From: a virus
Strand: one strand, 5' to 3'
DNA length: 64,000 nt
IMG/VR virus record: IMGVR_UViG_3300017714_002439
The position numbers were made by a program, and so were the translations under genes. The notes beneath the pieces were generated by a model. That model did no database searches and had not been told where the DNA came from. It worked only from the letters and a program-made list of their open reading frames with translations. Every line of letters starts with the position of its first letter. Position 1 is the stretch's first letter. Shown here in pieces: positions 53,243 to 63,119 of the stretch.

Positions 53243-53906
53243 TCCTTGGGATGTCCTAGGCATCCAGCCAGATTCAAATCTCAAAGAAGTTAAGCAAGCA
53301 TATAAAAATCTTTCTATGCTACATCACCCAGATAAAGGTGGTAAAGTTACAGACTGGTTAGCAATAGCAGATGCATACGAAACTATTAAGACAAACAAGT
53401 ATGTTCCCATACTACCATCAACTAGCACACAATTGTTAAATTTAACTCTTAGTTTAAAACAACAAATTTTAGGAATTGATGATCTTGTTGCAATTGATGA
53501 TGGCAATGAAGAAATATACATGCAAGTTAAAATAAGACCTGGAGCAGTTTCAGGAGATAAAATACAAGTAGTTAAAGATAAAAAGAAATACATAATAAAT
53601 ATTAAAGATAAAGCACATTCGGTCTTTACAAGACAAGGTTCTTCGCTTATAATGTATAAAAAGATATCAGTAATAAATGCATTAAAAAGAACACCAATGT
53701 TAATTGAAGGACCAACAGAAGAGTTTATTGAAGTAGAATTACCTAAAGAAATACAAACTGGAACAATCCTAACATTACCAAATCATGGATTATATGATAA
53801 AAACAAAAGAAAGCGTGGAAATTTGAAAATACATTTAAATGTTGAACTACCAACTCTCACTGATGATAATATTAACGATTTTATAAAAAGGTTAAAAGAT
53901 GACTGA
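53223..53906 (+). CDS. DnaJ/CbpA-like co-chaperone
   Basis: J domain with HPD (LHHPDKGG) and a C-terminal DnaJ_C-like region (VFTRQGSSL, RGNL.I). Confidence 0.85.
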   Translation: MKKKQSNPWDVLGIQPDSNLKEVKQAYKNLSMLHHPDKGGKVTDWLAIADAYETIKTNKYVPILPSTSTQLLNLTLSLKQQILGIDDLVAIDDGNEEIYMQVKIRPGAVSGDKIQVVKDKKKYIINIKDKAHSVFTRQGSSLIMYKKISVINALKRTPMLIEGPTEEFIEVELPKEIQTGTILTLPNHGLYDKNKRKRGNLKIHLNVELPTLTDDNINDFIKRLKDD

Positions 53907-56208
53907 TATTGAAAAAATTATTATTACTGCAATTGATTTAGCAAAACGTTTCAAGCATGAATACGTAACCATTGAGCATCTTACAGCCGTTATTTTAGAT
54001 GATGAAGAAGTTAGAAGCATGTGCTTTGATATTAATGCAGATTTTGAAGGCATTCAAGTTGCACTTATACATTACCTACAACATAGTTGTGATGAGATTA
54101 CAGGTGCAAAAGATGTAGAACCAGAGCCTAAAAAGACACAAATGTTAGAGCGTGTTTTTAATCGTGCGTTGACACAAGCATTATTTCAAGGTAAGAAAGC
54201 TATTGATCAGTTAGACTTAGTATTAAGTATACTAGGTGAAGATAAAAGCACAAGTTGTTTTTTCTCTCAAAGCCTAGGATTAACAAAATCAAAAGTATTA
54301 GCATGGATGCAAGAAAGTTATGCAGAAAACTTTAAAAGTAGTTACGATCAACAACAAGCATACGAAGAAGCATATCGTCAGCATCATAGAAAAAATCAAA
54401 TGGGACCACAAACACATATCGAAGTGTTACAACAATTTTGTAATAACTTATGTGAGAAGCATGCAGATTTTGAAGATGTAATTGGTCGTAGAGAAGAATT
54501 AAAAGATCTTGTGCAAACAATTGCACGTAAGAAAAAATCAAATGCTATTTTAGTAGGACCAAGTGGTGTTGGTAAAACAGCCATTGTTCAAGGACTAGCA
54601 AAACTTATTGTAGAAGGACATGTTCCTGAAATTATTAAAGGAACTACAGTTTGGGAACTTGATATGACCAAACTAATTGCAGGCACAAAATACAGAGGTG
54701 ATTTTGAAGAACGTATGAAACAATTAAGTGAAGCATTGCAAAAGCTAGATAACATTGTTTTATTCATTGATGAAATACACACAGTAATTGGTGCAGGTAG
54801 CACAAGTGGAAGTATGGATGCAGGTAATATGTTAAAGCCAGCACTTAGCAATGGTAAACTAAAAGTTATTGGTGCGACTACAGATGAAGAATATAGAAAA
54901 GTATTTGAAAAAGAAAGTGCATTAGCACGTAGATTTACAAAGTTAAATGTAATTGAACCAACAGTTCAAGAAGCAAAAGAAGTAGTGCGTAATACATTAG
55001 ATCATTACGAAGCATTCCATGAAGTAGATATTGATATTGCATCAGCAGATTTAGCCGTAGAGTTATCAGCACAGTATATCTTTAACAAGAAGCTCCCTGA
55101 TAAAGCGTTTGATATTATTGATAGAGCATGTGCATTTAACAGAATCCTACCAGAAGAAGAACGTGTAACAACTATTGGTATAGAAGAAATACGCAGCGAA
55201 GTAGGTAGATTAACAGGAATACCAAAAGAACATTTAGGCACAGCAGTAGAAGAACAATCAATTAAAAAACACACAGAAGTAAAATCATTTTTAGAAAATA
55301 CAGTATTTGGTCAGGCACAAGCAATAGAAAAAGTATCAAATGCAATTACAGTAAGTTTAGCAGGATTGAAAGATCCTAATAAACCTGTTGCTAGTTATTT
55401 GTTTACAGGGCCAACAGGTGTTGGGAAAACAGAACTTGCTACACGTTTAGCACAAGCAATGGGCATGAAACTGGTTCGTTATGATATGGCAGAATACCAA
55501 GAACGTCATAGTGTATCAAAACTTATCGGCTCACCTCCAGGTTATGTAGGACACGGAGATGGTAAAGCAGGCGATGGACTATTAATTACACACTTAGAAG
55601 ATAATCCAAATTGTGTATTACTACTAGACGAAGTAGAAAAAGCACACCCTGATATTATGAGTGTTATGCTAAGTTTATTAGATGAAGGTGTAATCACATC
55701 AAGCACAGGTAAAAAAGTCAGTGCAAAAAATGCCATTATTATAATGACAAGTAATCTAGGAGCAAGAGATGCCGCAATTAAGAGCATCGGATTTAACGAA
55801 GAAACATACAACGATAGTGCGGTAACAGAAGCTATTAATAACTTCTTTGCACCAGAGTTTAGAAATAGACTTGATGGTGTTATAAGATTTAATCCATTAC
55901 AGCCTGAAAATATGCAACGTATTGTTATAAAATTCTTAAGACAATTAGAAGGATATGTTGAGGGCAGACACATTAAAATTCATTGGAATAAGAACTTATT
56001 AAGCATGTTGCAAGATAAAGGATATAGTCCTACTATGGGTGCTCGTCCACTTGCACGTTTAATAAATGAAACAGTTAAATTACCATTGGCATCATATATG
56101 ATGGAAAATACAAACGTCAAAGAAATTGACATATCATATGATGCTAAAAAAGACACAGTCAATATTCTGCCAGCCAAACGGGTTATGGTAGATGAACAGC
56201 CAGCATAG
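53899..56208 (+). CDS. clpA: ATP-dependent Clp protease ATP-binding subunit ClpA
   Basis: HEYVTIEHL, two Walker A motifs (GPSGVGKT, GPTGVGKT), FIDEIH, LLDEVEKAH, IGF loop and GARPLAR. Confidence 0.95.
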   Translation: MTDIEKIIITAIDLAKRFKHEYVTIEHLTAVILDDEEVRSMCFDINADFEGIQVALIHYLQHSCDEITGAKDVEPEPKKTQMLERVFNRALTQALFQGKKAIDQLDLVLSILGEDKSTSCFFSQSLGLTKSKVLAWMQESYAENFKSSYDQQQAYEEAYRQHHRKNQMGPQTHIEVLQQFCNNLCEKHADFEDVIGRREELKDLVQTIARKKKSNAILVGPSGVGKTAIVQGLAKLIVEGHVPEIIKGTTVWELDMTKLIAGTKYRGDFEERMKQLSEALQKLDNIVLFIDEIHTVIGAGSTSGSMDAGNMLKPALSNGKLKVIGATTDEEYRKVFEKESALARRFTKLNVIEPTVQEAKEVVRNTLDHYEAFHEVDIDIASADLAVELSAQYIFNKKLPDKAFDIIDRACAFNRILPEEERVTTIGIEEIRSEVGRLTGIPKEHLGTAVEEQSIKKHTEVKSFLENTVFGQAQAIEKVSNAITVSLAGLKDPNKPVASYLFTGPTGVGKTELATRLAQAMGMKLVRYDMAEYQERHSVSKLIGSPPGYVGHGDGKAGDGLLITHLEDNPNCVLLLDEVEKAHPDIMSVMLSLLDEGVITSSTGKKVSAKNAIIIMTSNLGARDAAIKSIGFNEETYNDSAVTEAINNFFAPEFRNRLDGVIRFNPLQPENMQRIVIKFLRQLEGYVEGRHIKIHWNKNLLSMLQDKGYSPTMGARPLARLINETVKLPLASYMMENTNVKEIDISYDAKKDTVNILPAKRVMVDEQPA

Positions 56209-56842
56209 TCAACATCCAAAGTGGCAACCAGTCAGAAAACTATATTATAAAAAATATTATAATGTTGTTAGAACTGGCGCACATCCAACTCATCAAAAAA
56301 TAGACCTACCTAAAAAGTTTGCTAAACAATATAGGATAGTAGACAGATTTGTAGGCATACAACCTGATACTGACGGCAACAATGCGTTTACTAATATTGC
56401 TAGTGTATACACCAATAGCGAAGAATTAATACAGTATATCATAAAATATTACGAAGTTACTGGAATAGAAACGCCATATAATCAAACACATTTAGATTAT
56501 TTACAAGATACTAATAGAGAAATTATCTATAGAGATAAAGCATGGTATGATCAGTATCATCATAAAGTAAGAATATTTGAAACATGGCGTAGTAGAGGAT
56601 CTGTTAATAGGGCTAAGCCTATAGAAGTGTTAAATATGATTGACGAATTATTTAAACGCATAGATTCACGATGGAATGGACAAGGACGAGATCATTCAAA
56701 TTTATGGTCACATTCACGATATTTTTCTTATCCTACAATATATACCAACAATGAACCATCAATAATGCTACTTAAAATGTCATATAACTCAGTATTAAAC
56801 ATTAATGTGGAAACTGTAGTCACGCCAGATTTCCTAAAGTAG
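56192..56842 (+). CDS. Hypothetical protein
   Basis: 216 aa ORF overlapping the clpA end. Confidence 0.65.
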   Translation: MNSQHSQHPKWQPVRKLYYKKYYNVVRTGAHPTHQKIDLPKKFAKQYRIVDRFVGIQPDTDGNNAFTNIASVYTNSEELIQYIIKYYEVTGIETPYNQTHLDYLQDTNREIIYRDKAWYDQYHHKVRIFETWRSRGSVNRAKPIEVLNMIDELFKRIDSRWNGQGRDHSNLWSHSRYFSYPTIYTNNEPSIMLLKMSYNSVLNINVETVVTPDFLK

Positions 56843-56895
56843 ATAAATACAAGTATATATTTAGATATATAATATTGAATTAGAGAGACAAAATA

Positions 56896-57270
56896 ATGGC
56901 TAACACACAAATAGTATTAACAAATAAAGCAGAGCTTACTTATACCGGTGATAAGGTTAAAGGGGACGGCTATTATGGTTATGCAGATGGACTGCATACT
57001 ATGAGCTTTCATTTTAAGAATTTCAAAGGAAGAATTTTCTGTCAAGCAACACTGGTAGATGAACCAACCGAAGATGATTGGTTTAACATCGGGTTAGATA
57101 CAAATACAGATTACTACCAGTATACCACACAAACAAGTGGAACAGTAGGAACAACTTTCCAAGGAAATTTTGTTTGGCTTAGAGTCAAAATAGACAGAGA
57201 TTTTATTGGTGATTCAACATATGATTCAGCAACACATGGTCAATTTGATAAAGCAGTTCTTTTAATTTAG
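56896..57270 (+). CDS. Conserved phage protein, probably virion-associated
   Basis: KGDGYYG..DGLHT and QATL..PTEDDWF motifs; upstream TAAATA. Confidence 0.7.
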   Translation: MANTQIVLTNKAELTYTGDKVKGDGYYGYADGLHTMSFHFKNFKGRIFCQATLVDEPTEDDWFNIGLDTNTDYYQYTTQTSGTVGTTFQGNFVWLRVKIDRDFIGDSTYDSATHGQFDKAVLLI

Positions 57271-57301
57271 TATAAATATATAAAAGCAAGGAGAGTATAC
57301 A

Positions 57302-58111
57302 GTGCCAATTAAAGCGTTTAGTGGAAGTATTAGTTCATTACCATTACCAGAAGTCGTTCTTAGCGATGTGGTAGAAGATGGTGAGATTCTAGTTTATAAC
57401 AAATCTTTAAAAGTATTTGAAAATAACTTGGCAGCTGATAAGGCCACAGGTAAATTATATGTTACCGGTGCAGTTAGCACAGGTGGAAACAGCGTTGTAG
57501 ATTCTGTTGCTAATAGAGATATAAGACTAAAAGGTTTATCAGAAGGTAATATGATTACTATCGACGAAAGTGTTGATGGTAAGAGTTTAGTTATTGGAGT
57601 TAATTCAGCTATAGCAAATGCAACATCAGGTTTTACAGGTGAATTAAAAACAAGTGATCTTATAGTTGTTCCAGATAATGTAACAGTTGAGTATAAGTTT
57701 TATAAAGTTAATAACGGACAAGAGTTACAACTAAATGGAAACTTTACAATTGTATATAGAAATGGACGCAGATTAAGTCCAGATGAATATTCATTTACTG
57801 CAAATAACACTTGTATCTTTTATGAGATATTGGAAGGTGATGAATTACACATTGATACAATTACCGGTGAAACAGATAATAAACTAGTTCATAGTAAACG
57901 TGTAACAGTTCAAGCTGGTGTAAATGCATACGAATTCCAAGACCTACAAAACAATTTAATAACAATAAACAATCACTTTTTAGAAGTGTTTGTAAATAGA
58001 ATTAAAGTTCATCAACGTGACTACGCTGTTCAAGAGAACAAGGTAGTATTTGCTTCAGGAAGCATTGTTGATCAGGACGAATTAGAAATAATTACACTAG
58101 GAGACATTTAA
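57302..58111 (+). CDS. Putative virion structural protein
   Basis: AAGGAG RBS with GTG start; repeated VYRNG/VFVNR beta motifs. Confidence 0.65.
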   Translation: MPIKAFSGSISSLPLPEVVLSDVVEDGEILVYNKSLKVFENNLAADKATGKLYVTGAVSTGGNSVVDSVANRDIRLKGLSEGNMITIDESVDGKSLVIGVNSAIANATSGFTGELKTSDLIVVPDNVTVEYKFYKVNNGQELQLNGNFTIVYRNGRRLSPDEYSFTANNTCIFYEILEGDELHIDTITGETDNKLVHSKRVTVQAGVNAYEFQDLQNNLITINNHFLEVFVNRIKVHQRDYAVQENKVVFASGSIVDQDELEIITLGDI

Positions 58112-58890
58112 TGCCAAACACAAGAGTGACACATATAAAATCAGGCGCAGACGCTGATTTTAAATTAGAATACGATACAATTTATGTATACGATGAAGTA
58201 AACAATCAACTTACAACAGTAGCTGATCTTAGCTCTGTTCAAGCAAACCAATACGTATTTTTTGGAACAAAAAGCGACAGAAGAATTGACGCAGCTGAAA
58301 AGAATTTAAGTCTCCTAATTCATAAGCTAGAGTCACTTACTACTGACGATATTCCACAAGGTTCAAACAACACATATTTGTTAAACAATGGTTCAACAAG
58401 TCAAGCAGTGGCAACAGATGCTGTTAACTTAGATGTAAGTGGATCAAAAATATTCAAGCAGTTTGCAAGTGATAGATTAGAATTTAAAACTGTAAAAGCA
58501 GATACAGGTATTACATTAACAGAAGACGCAACAAGCGTTACAGTTGGATTAGACGGAAATGCAAATGCAAACAGCTCAAGCTGGAGTGCAAAAATTAACT
58601 TTGATGCAAATGGTGATCCAAGCACAGTAGAAAATTTACCAAGTGGTGTTACAGCTTCTGTAACAGGAACAGATATTACATTTACACATGGTTATGCAAG
58701 AAGTGTTAAAAGTGTTGTATACATGGGATACGATCAGGCTACAGACGAATATCGTATGAGATTCCCTACAGCAACGTATATTGTTAAAACAACGCCAGCT
58801 ACATTAACAACATCATTTACTATCAGTGTAAATACTGCGGCAACTGGTGCTGATGCAAGTGGACATGCGTTGATGAATGTGGTAATGTAA
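58111..58890 (+). CDS. Putative virion structural protein
   Basis: TAATG coupling; Thr/Ala/Ser-rich; TTDDIPQGSNN.Y fibre-like motif. Confidence 0.65.
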   Translation: MPNTRVTHIKSGADADFKLEYDTIYVYDEVNNQLTTVADLSSVQANQYVFFGTKSDRRIDAAEKNLSLLIHKLESLTTDDIPQGSNNTYLLNNGSTSQAVATDAVNLDVSGSKIFKQFASDRLEFKTVKADTGITLTEDATSVTVGLDGNANANSSSWSAKINFDANGDPSTVENLPSGVTASVTGTDITFTHGYARSVKSVVYMGYDQATDEYRMRFPTATYIVKTTPATLTTSFTISVNTAATGADASGHALMNVVM

Positions 58891-58891
58891 C

Positions 58892-61534
58892 ATGGCAATT
58901 GTTATCGATGCGCCGAAGTTACTGCCCATAAGGATAACAACGTTAACGTCGAAAGATGTTAAAAATGGTTACGTTTATACCTATAATGCAGAAATTGATG
59001 TAACAGCTCAGTTACACAGCGGAACCACAGGTTTCGTTACAAAGCAATATGACGGTAGAGATGTAAGAGTAGGCGATTATGTTGCTACTACTTCTTCAGG
59101 TAAAATATTAAAAATTATATCCATTACTAACACAGGACCAACACGTGTTGTATGTGTGTTAATGGACGAAGACCAAATGAATGCTGCTGTAGATCCTACA
59201 CAGTTTGGTGAAAGCTCAATAGATAAAGATAATGGTATATTGTTTGCTGTCAAAGAAGGCAAACCATTTATATTTCCATTACCAGATGTATTGCCCGGCG
59301 GGTTAACAAACGAATTTGCAATACAAATATTCTCACGTTTTAACTACGTATCAAAAGAAAGAAACATTAATGTTGAACAACAACCACATACATTTGAGGT
59401 TGGTGAAACAGTATTACTAACAGACACAGGATGGATTCCAGCCACAACTAATCCAACTGGTGTTGTTGTAAAAACAGATGATGACAGTTTTGGTGTAAGA
59501 CTATTTGGTGACAAAACAACAGTTCAACTTCCAGGTGACGTAGGTGACGTTTACTATTGGGATGAAGTTGACAGAATGTTAACTAAGACACCAACTAGTC
59601 CAAACGCAGTAAAATTATTTCAAAAGATAGATTCAAACGAAGCATTACTATTAGGTGGTGTTGGTGGTGGAAGTGGCGGCGGTGGTGCAGGCAACTTTAG
59701 TGGCGCCTTTAATGACCTTACAAATTTACCAAGCACACTTGCAGGTTATGGAATTACAGATGCAGTTATTAGTCCAGCAGATTATGGACAATTAACAAAT
59801 AAGCCTAACATACCAACTGATGTCAGTGACTTAGCAGATAGCACTAACTTGTTAGGTAGTGGAACACCTTTTAGCGGTGATTACAATGACCTAACAAACA
59901 AGCCAACAATATTCAGTGGAAACTGGAGTGATATTACAGGCACACCAGCTCTATTCAGCGGTAATTACAACGATCTTTACAATAGGCCTACTATACCACA
60001 GGACCTTGGAGATCTCACAAATAACGCAGGATATTTAAAGACTATAACAAGTTCTGATGTTACTACAGCATTAGGCTACACACCACAGAATGCCGCAACA
60101 GCATTTGGTGGAAGTTATACAGACTTAACAAACAAACCAACTATACCAGCAGACGTAAGTGACCTTACTGACAGCAATGGATTATTAGGTGGCGGCGGCG
60201 GAGCAACTACTATTGATGCACTCACTGACGTAGATGTATCAGGTGCTAGTGCAGGACAAGTATTAAAGTATGATGGTAGTAAATGGGTTCCTGCAGCAGA
60301 CGTAACAACAGGCGGTGGTGGAACAGATGCCGATACATTAGATGGACAAGATAGCACATATTTCTTAGATTGGAATAACTTTACAAACAAGCCTACATTA
60401 TTTGATGGACAATATTCAAGTCTAACAGGTTTACCAACATTGTATACAAATGCAGATGTTGATGCACATCTAAATCAAACTAACCCAACAAGTGGATATG
60501 TTCTTTCTTGGAACGGTTCAGATTATGCTTGGGTGGCACAATCAGGCGGCGGCGGTGGAGGTGGTGCTACAGCATTAGGCGGACTAACTGACGTAGTAAA
60601 CACAGCACCTACAAACGGCCAAGTTCTTAAATGGGATAGTGCAAACAGCACATGGGCACCAGCAGATGATGCCACAGCAGGTATTGGTGGTAGTAGCTAT
60701 GCAACTGAAGCCTATGTAGATCAAAAATTAGTAGAACGTGGTCCACACTTTAGTGGTGATTATAATGACTTAACTAATACACCAACATTGTTTAGTGGAA
60801 ACTTTGCAGACTTAAATGGCAAGCCAACTACAATTGCAGGTTATGGAATCACAGACGTTCCAGCAAGTTTAGTAGATCTTGCTATTGCAGATGGTAATGC
60901 AGGGCAAGTATTAACAACAGACGGTAATGGCAACTTTACATTTACAAGTGCAGGTGCCTTTAATGGCGACTATAATGCATTAATTAATAAGCCTAATTTG
61001 TTTAGCGGTGATTATAACGACCTAGCAAATAGACCATATATTCCAAGTATTGCAGGTTTGGCTTCTACTAACTATGTAGACCAAAAAGCAGATTATGGTG
61101 GCAATAAAAACTTCTTAAACAACGTAGAGTTTAGAGATAAAATTAAACAAAAAGCCAGCACAGCAAATACTACAGGCGAACGTGAAAGCCTTGTAATGGC
61201 AATAGAAACAACAGACGATGTTGAAACAGAAGTGCTATTTTCAGACAATACTAAGATAGAAATAGCAGATGGAACTACAGCAATGGTAGAAATGCACATT
61301 GTTGGTTCAAGTTCTATAGGACAATATGGTGTAAAACTACAAGCAATTGTGCATAGAGCAGGAACAAACGTGTTTATTATTGGAAGTCCAGCCAGAGAAA
61401 CATTAGCAGAATACAGCACATGGACAGCTGATTTAGACGTAAATACTACCAGTTTAAAGGTAACAGTAACAGGATCTGCGGCTACAACCGTGGATTGGAC
61501 CGTGTTTACCAACATTTTTTCAGTAATTAGATAA
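58892..61534 (+). CDS. Tail-fibre-like protein with FSGDYNDLTNKP repeats
   Basis: About 12 copies of F.G.Y.DL.N.P, several GQVL.W/YDG units and poly-Gly hinges. Confidence 0.75.
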   Translation: MAIVIDAPKLLPIRITTLTSKDVKNGYVYTYNAEIDVTAQLHSGTTGFVTKQYDGRDVRVGDYVATTSSGKILKIISITNTGPTRVVCVLMDEDQMNAAVDPTQFGESSIDKDNGILFAVKEGKPFIFPLPDVLPGGLTNEFAIQIFSRFNYVSKERNINVEQQPHTFEVGETVLLTDTGWIPATTNPTGVVVKTDDDSFGVRLFGDKTTVQLPGDVGDVYYWDEVDRMLTKTPTSPNAVKLFQKIDSNEALLLGGVGGGSGGGGAGNFSGAFNDLTNLPSTLAGYGITDAVISPADYGQLTNKPNIPTDVSDLADSTNLLGSGTPFSGDYNDLTNKPTIFSGNWSDITGTPALFSGNYNDLYNRPTIPQDLGDLTNNAGYLKTITSSDVTTALGYTPQNAATAFGGSYTDLTNKPTIPADVSDLTDSNGLLGGGGGATTIDALTDVDVSGASAGQVLKYDGSKWVPAADVTTGGGGTDADTLDGQDSTYFLDWNNFTNKPTLFDGQYSSLTGLPTLYTNADVDAHLNQTNPTSGYVLSWNGSDYAWVAQSGGGGGGGATALGGLTDVVNTAPTNGQVLKWDSANSTWAPADDATAGIGGSSYATEAYVDQKLVERGPHFSGDYNDLTNTPTLFSGNFADLNGKPTTIAGYGITDVPASLVDLAIADGNAGQVLTTDGNGNFTFTSAGAFNGDYNALINKPNLFSGDYNDLANRPYIPSIAGLASTNYVDQKADYGGNKNFLNNVEFRDKIKQKASTANTTGERESLVMAIETTDDVETEVLFSDNTKIEIADGTTAMVEMHIVGSSSIGQYGVKLQAIVHRAGTNVFIIGSPARETLAEYSTWTADLDVNTTSLKVTVTGSAATTVDWTVFTNIFSVIR

Positions 61535-61587
61535 ATACATTTAGCACATTAAAGTGCAGAAAATATACATTTTTAGGAGAAATTAAA

Positions 61588-61890
61588 ATGGCAACAAGAA
61601 ACCCAGCAAACGTAATTGAATTCGGTAAATTCAACTATGGCGCAACAATGACATCATGGACTATCACAGCAGACGCTGATATCTCAGGTGAAGTAAACCC
61701 AGGCGAAGAAATGGAAAAAGTAATGGAAACATTAACTCAACACGGAACTTTCGTTGGTTTATCTGATCACGCAACAGGCGGAACAGTATTCACAGTAGTA
61801 TTAGAAAACAGCTCATGGGCAGACGCAGCGGCAGTTCAAGCAGCTCTTAGAGCACTTGGCGGTAACTTTTCTACTTCAACAGTAGCGTAA
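61588..61890 (+). CDS. Small probable virion protein
   Basis: TAAATA promoter, AGGAG RBS and its own terminator. Confidence 0.7.
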   Translation: MATRNPANVIEFGKFNYGATMTSWTITADADISGEVNPGEEMEKVMETLTQHGTFVGLSDHATGGTVFTVVLENSSWADAAAVQAALRALGGNFSTSTVA

Positions 61891-61915
61891 GTAACACGAG
61901 TTTATTATTATAAAG

Positions 61916-61944
61916 AAAACCCAGTTCTCGGACTGGGTTTTTTT
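61916..61944 (+). terminator. Intrinsic terminator
   Basis: AAAACCCAGT-tctcgg-ACTGGGTTTT followed by further Ts. Confidence 0.85.
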
Positions 61945-61996
61945 ATGACTAATCTATTAGATAGATAAATACATATAATAGAAACAGGAGTTAAAG

Positions 61997-62320
61997 ATGG
62001 CAACAAAACGTAAATATAATAATCCATTACACGATATTAATAACGATGGTAAATTAAGCAAATGGGAAATATTTCCATATTGGTTCGATAAGTTGCGTGT
62101 ATTCCCACGTGCATTTATCAGTATATACATTTATATGTTTTATAACGTTGTAGAATGGTTTATGGCATTACCAGAACCAAACAATGCACAAGCAGGTCTT
62201 GTAAGTATTGTTGTTGGTGCAGGTGCGGCATGGTTTGGACTTTATGTAAATAGTGGAAGTAAGACTGTGGTGAAGCCATCAATGAGTTCAAAACATTATG
62301 AAGATGACGAGGATCTCTAA
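61997..62320 (+). CDS. Small membrane protein (two TM helices)
   Basis: RVFPRAFISIYIYMF and AQAGLVSIVVGAGAAWFGLYV. Confidence 0.7.
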   Translation: MATKRKYNNPLHDINNDGKLSKWEIFPYWFDKLRVFPRAFISIYIYMFYNVVEWFMALPEPNNAQAGLVSIVVGAGAAWFGLYVNSGSKTVVKPSMSSKHYEDDEDL

Positions 62321-62321
62321 T

Positions 62322-62519
62322 ATGATTAAGAATTTAAAAGATTTAATAATTGTTGTATTAGTTGCAGGCGTGTTAGCACTACTAGGATTAATAATTGTAG
62401 GTGACTACTATGTAGCATTACAAGAAAACAGACCAGTAGACGAAAGTGTTATTACATTAATGAAAATGGCACTTACAGGACTAATAGGTATTATTGCAGG
62501 ATACATAGGAAGTAAATAA
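62322..62519 (+). CDS. Small membrane protein (two TM helices)
   Basis: GAGG RBS; start trimmed to MIKNLK. Confidence 0.65.
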   Translation: MIKNLKDLIIVVLVAGVLALLGLIIVGDYYVALQENRPVDESVITLMKMALTGLIGIIAGYIGSK

Positions 62520-63061
62520 TGTTTCAACATCACATCATATTAGCAACACCAGAAATGTTACAATCAGAACTTGTTCACAAGTGGTATGAATTTGTAAAAG
62601 ATTATGGACCAGAAGGAATTGTATCTCCGTATACAACTGTTGACGGTGATGTTGCAATAGAATATGGAATACGTGAAAGCGAAATGCCACATTGTTATAT
62701 TATTCCATTATATCGAGATTTAACTACAGATGAAACACAATTTATTGTGGCAACATGGGAACATGTATACCCAGGAGATTTTGATATTGAAATCTCAAAT
62801 ATGTATGATGTTAATAGAGATTACGAATATGATATTAACGAAGAATTTGAAGAACGTGCAAGACACGATATGAAAAAATGGCATCACAACCGTTGGGTTG
62901 TAGAAATGTCAAACACTGGATGGAATTGGGGAACTTCATTTAGTGAATCAAAGAAAACACACCCAGCATTGCGTGATTGGGATAGCCTTCCAGAATCACA
63001 TAGACGCAGTCCAAATTTCAATCAAAAAGAAATTACTGAATGGCTACGCAACCTAATTTAG
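62519..63061 (+). CDS. Protein with C-terminal RyR-repeat-like domain
   Basis: HNRW..GWNWG..S..KKTHPAL..WDSLPES pattern. Confidence 0.7.
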   Translation: MFQHHIILATPEMLQSELVHKWYEFVKDYGPEGIVSPYTTVDGDVAIEYGIRESEMPHCYIIPLYRDLTTDETQFIVATWEHVYPGDFDIEISNMYDVNRDYEYDINEEFEERARHDMKKWHHNRWVVEMSNTGWNWGTSFSESKKTHPALRDWDSLPESHRRSPNFNQKEITEWLRNLI

Positions 63062-63062
63062 G

Positions 63063-63091
63063 TTGACACCTTACCCACATTATTATATAAT
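63063..63091 (+). promoter_or_regulatory. Sigma70 consensus promoter
   Basis: TTGACA-17 nt-TATAAT. Confidence 0.8.
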
Positions 63092-63119
63092 AAAGACTAT
63101 TAACCTATAGGAGACTCTG

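Noticed and set aside
22561-56208. Inteins, introns or homing endonucleases in clpP, clpX, clpA, phoH or guaC
   Set aside because: Protein lengths and motif spacing are normal; no LAGLIDADG, HNH or GIY-YIG motif was recognised.
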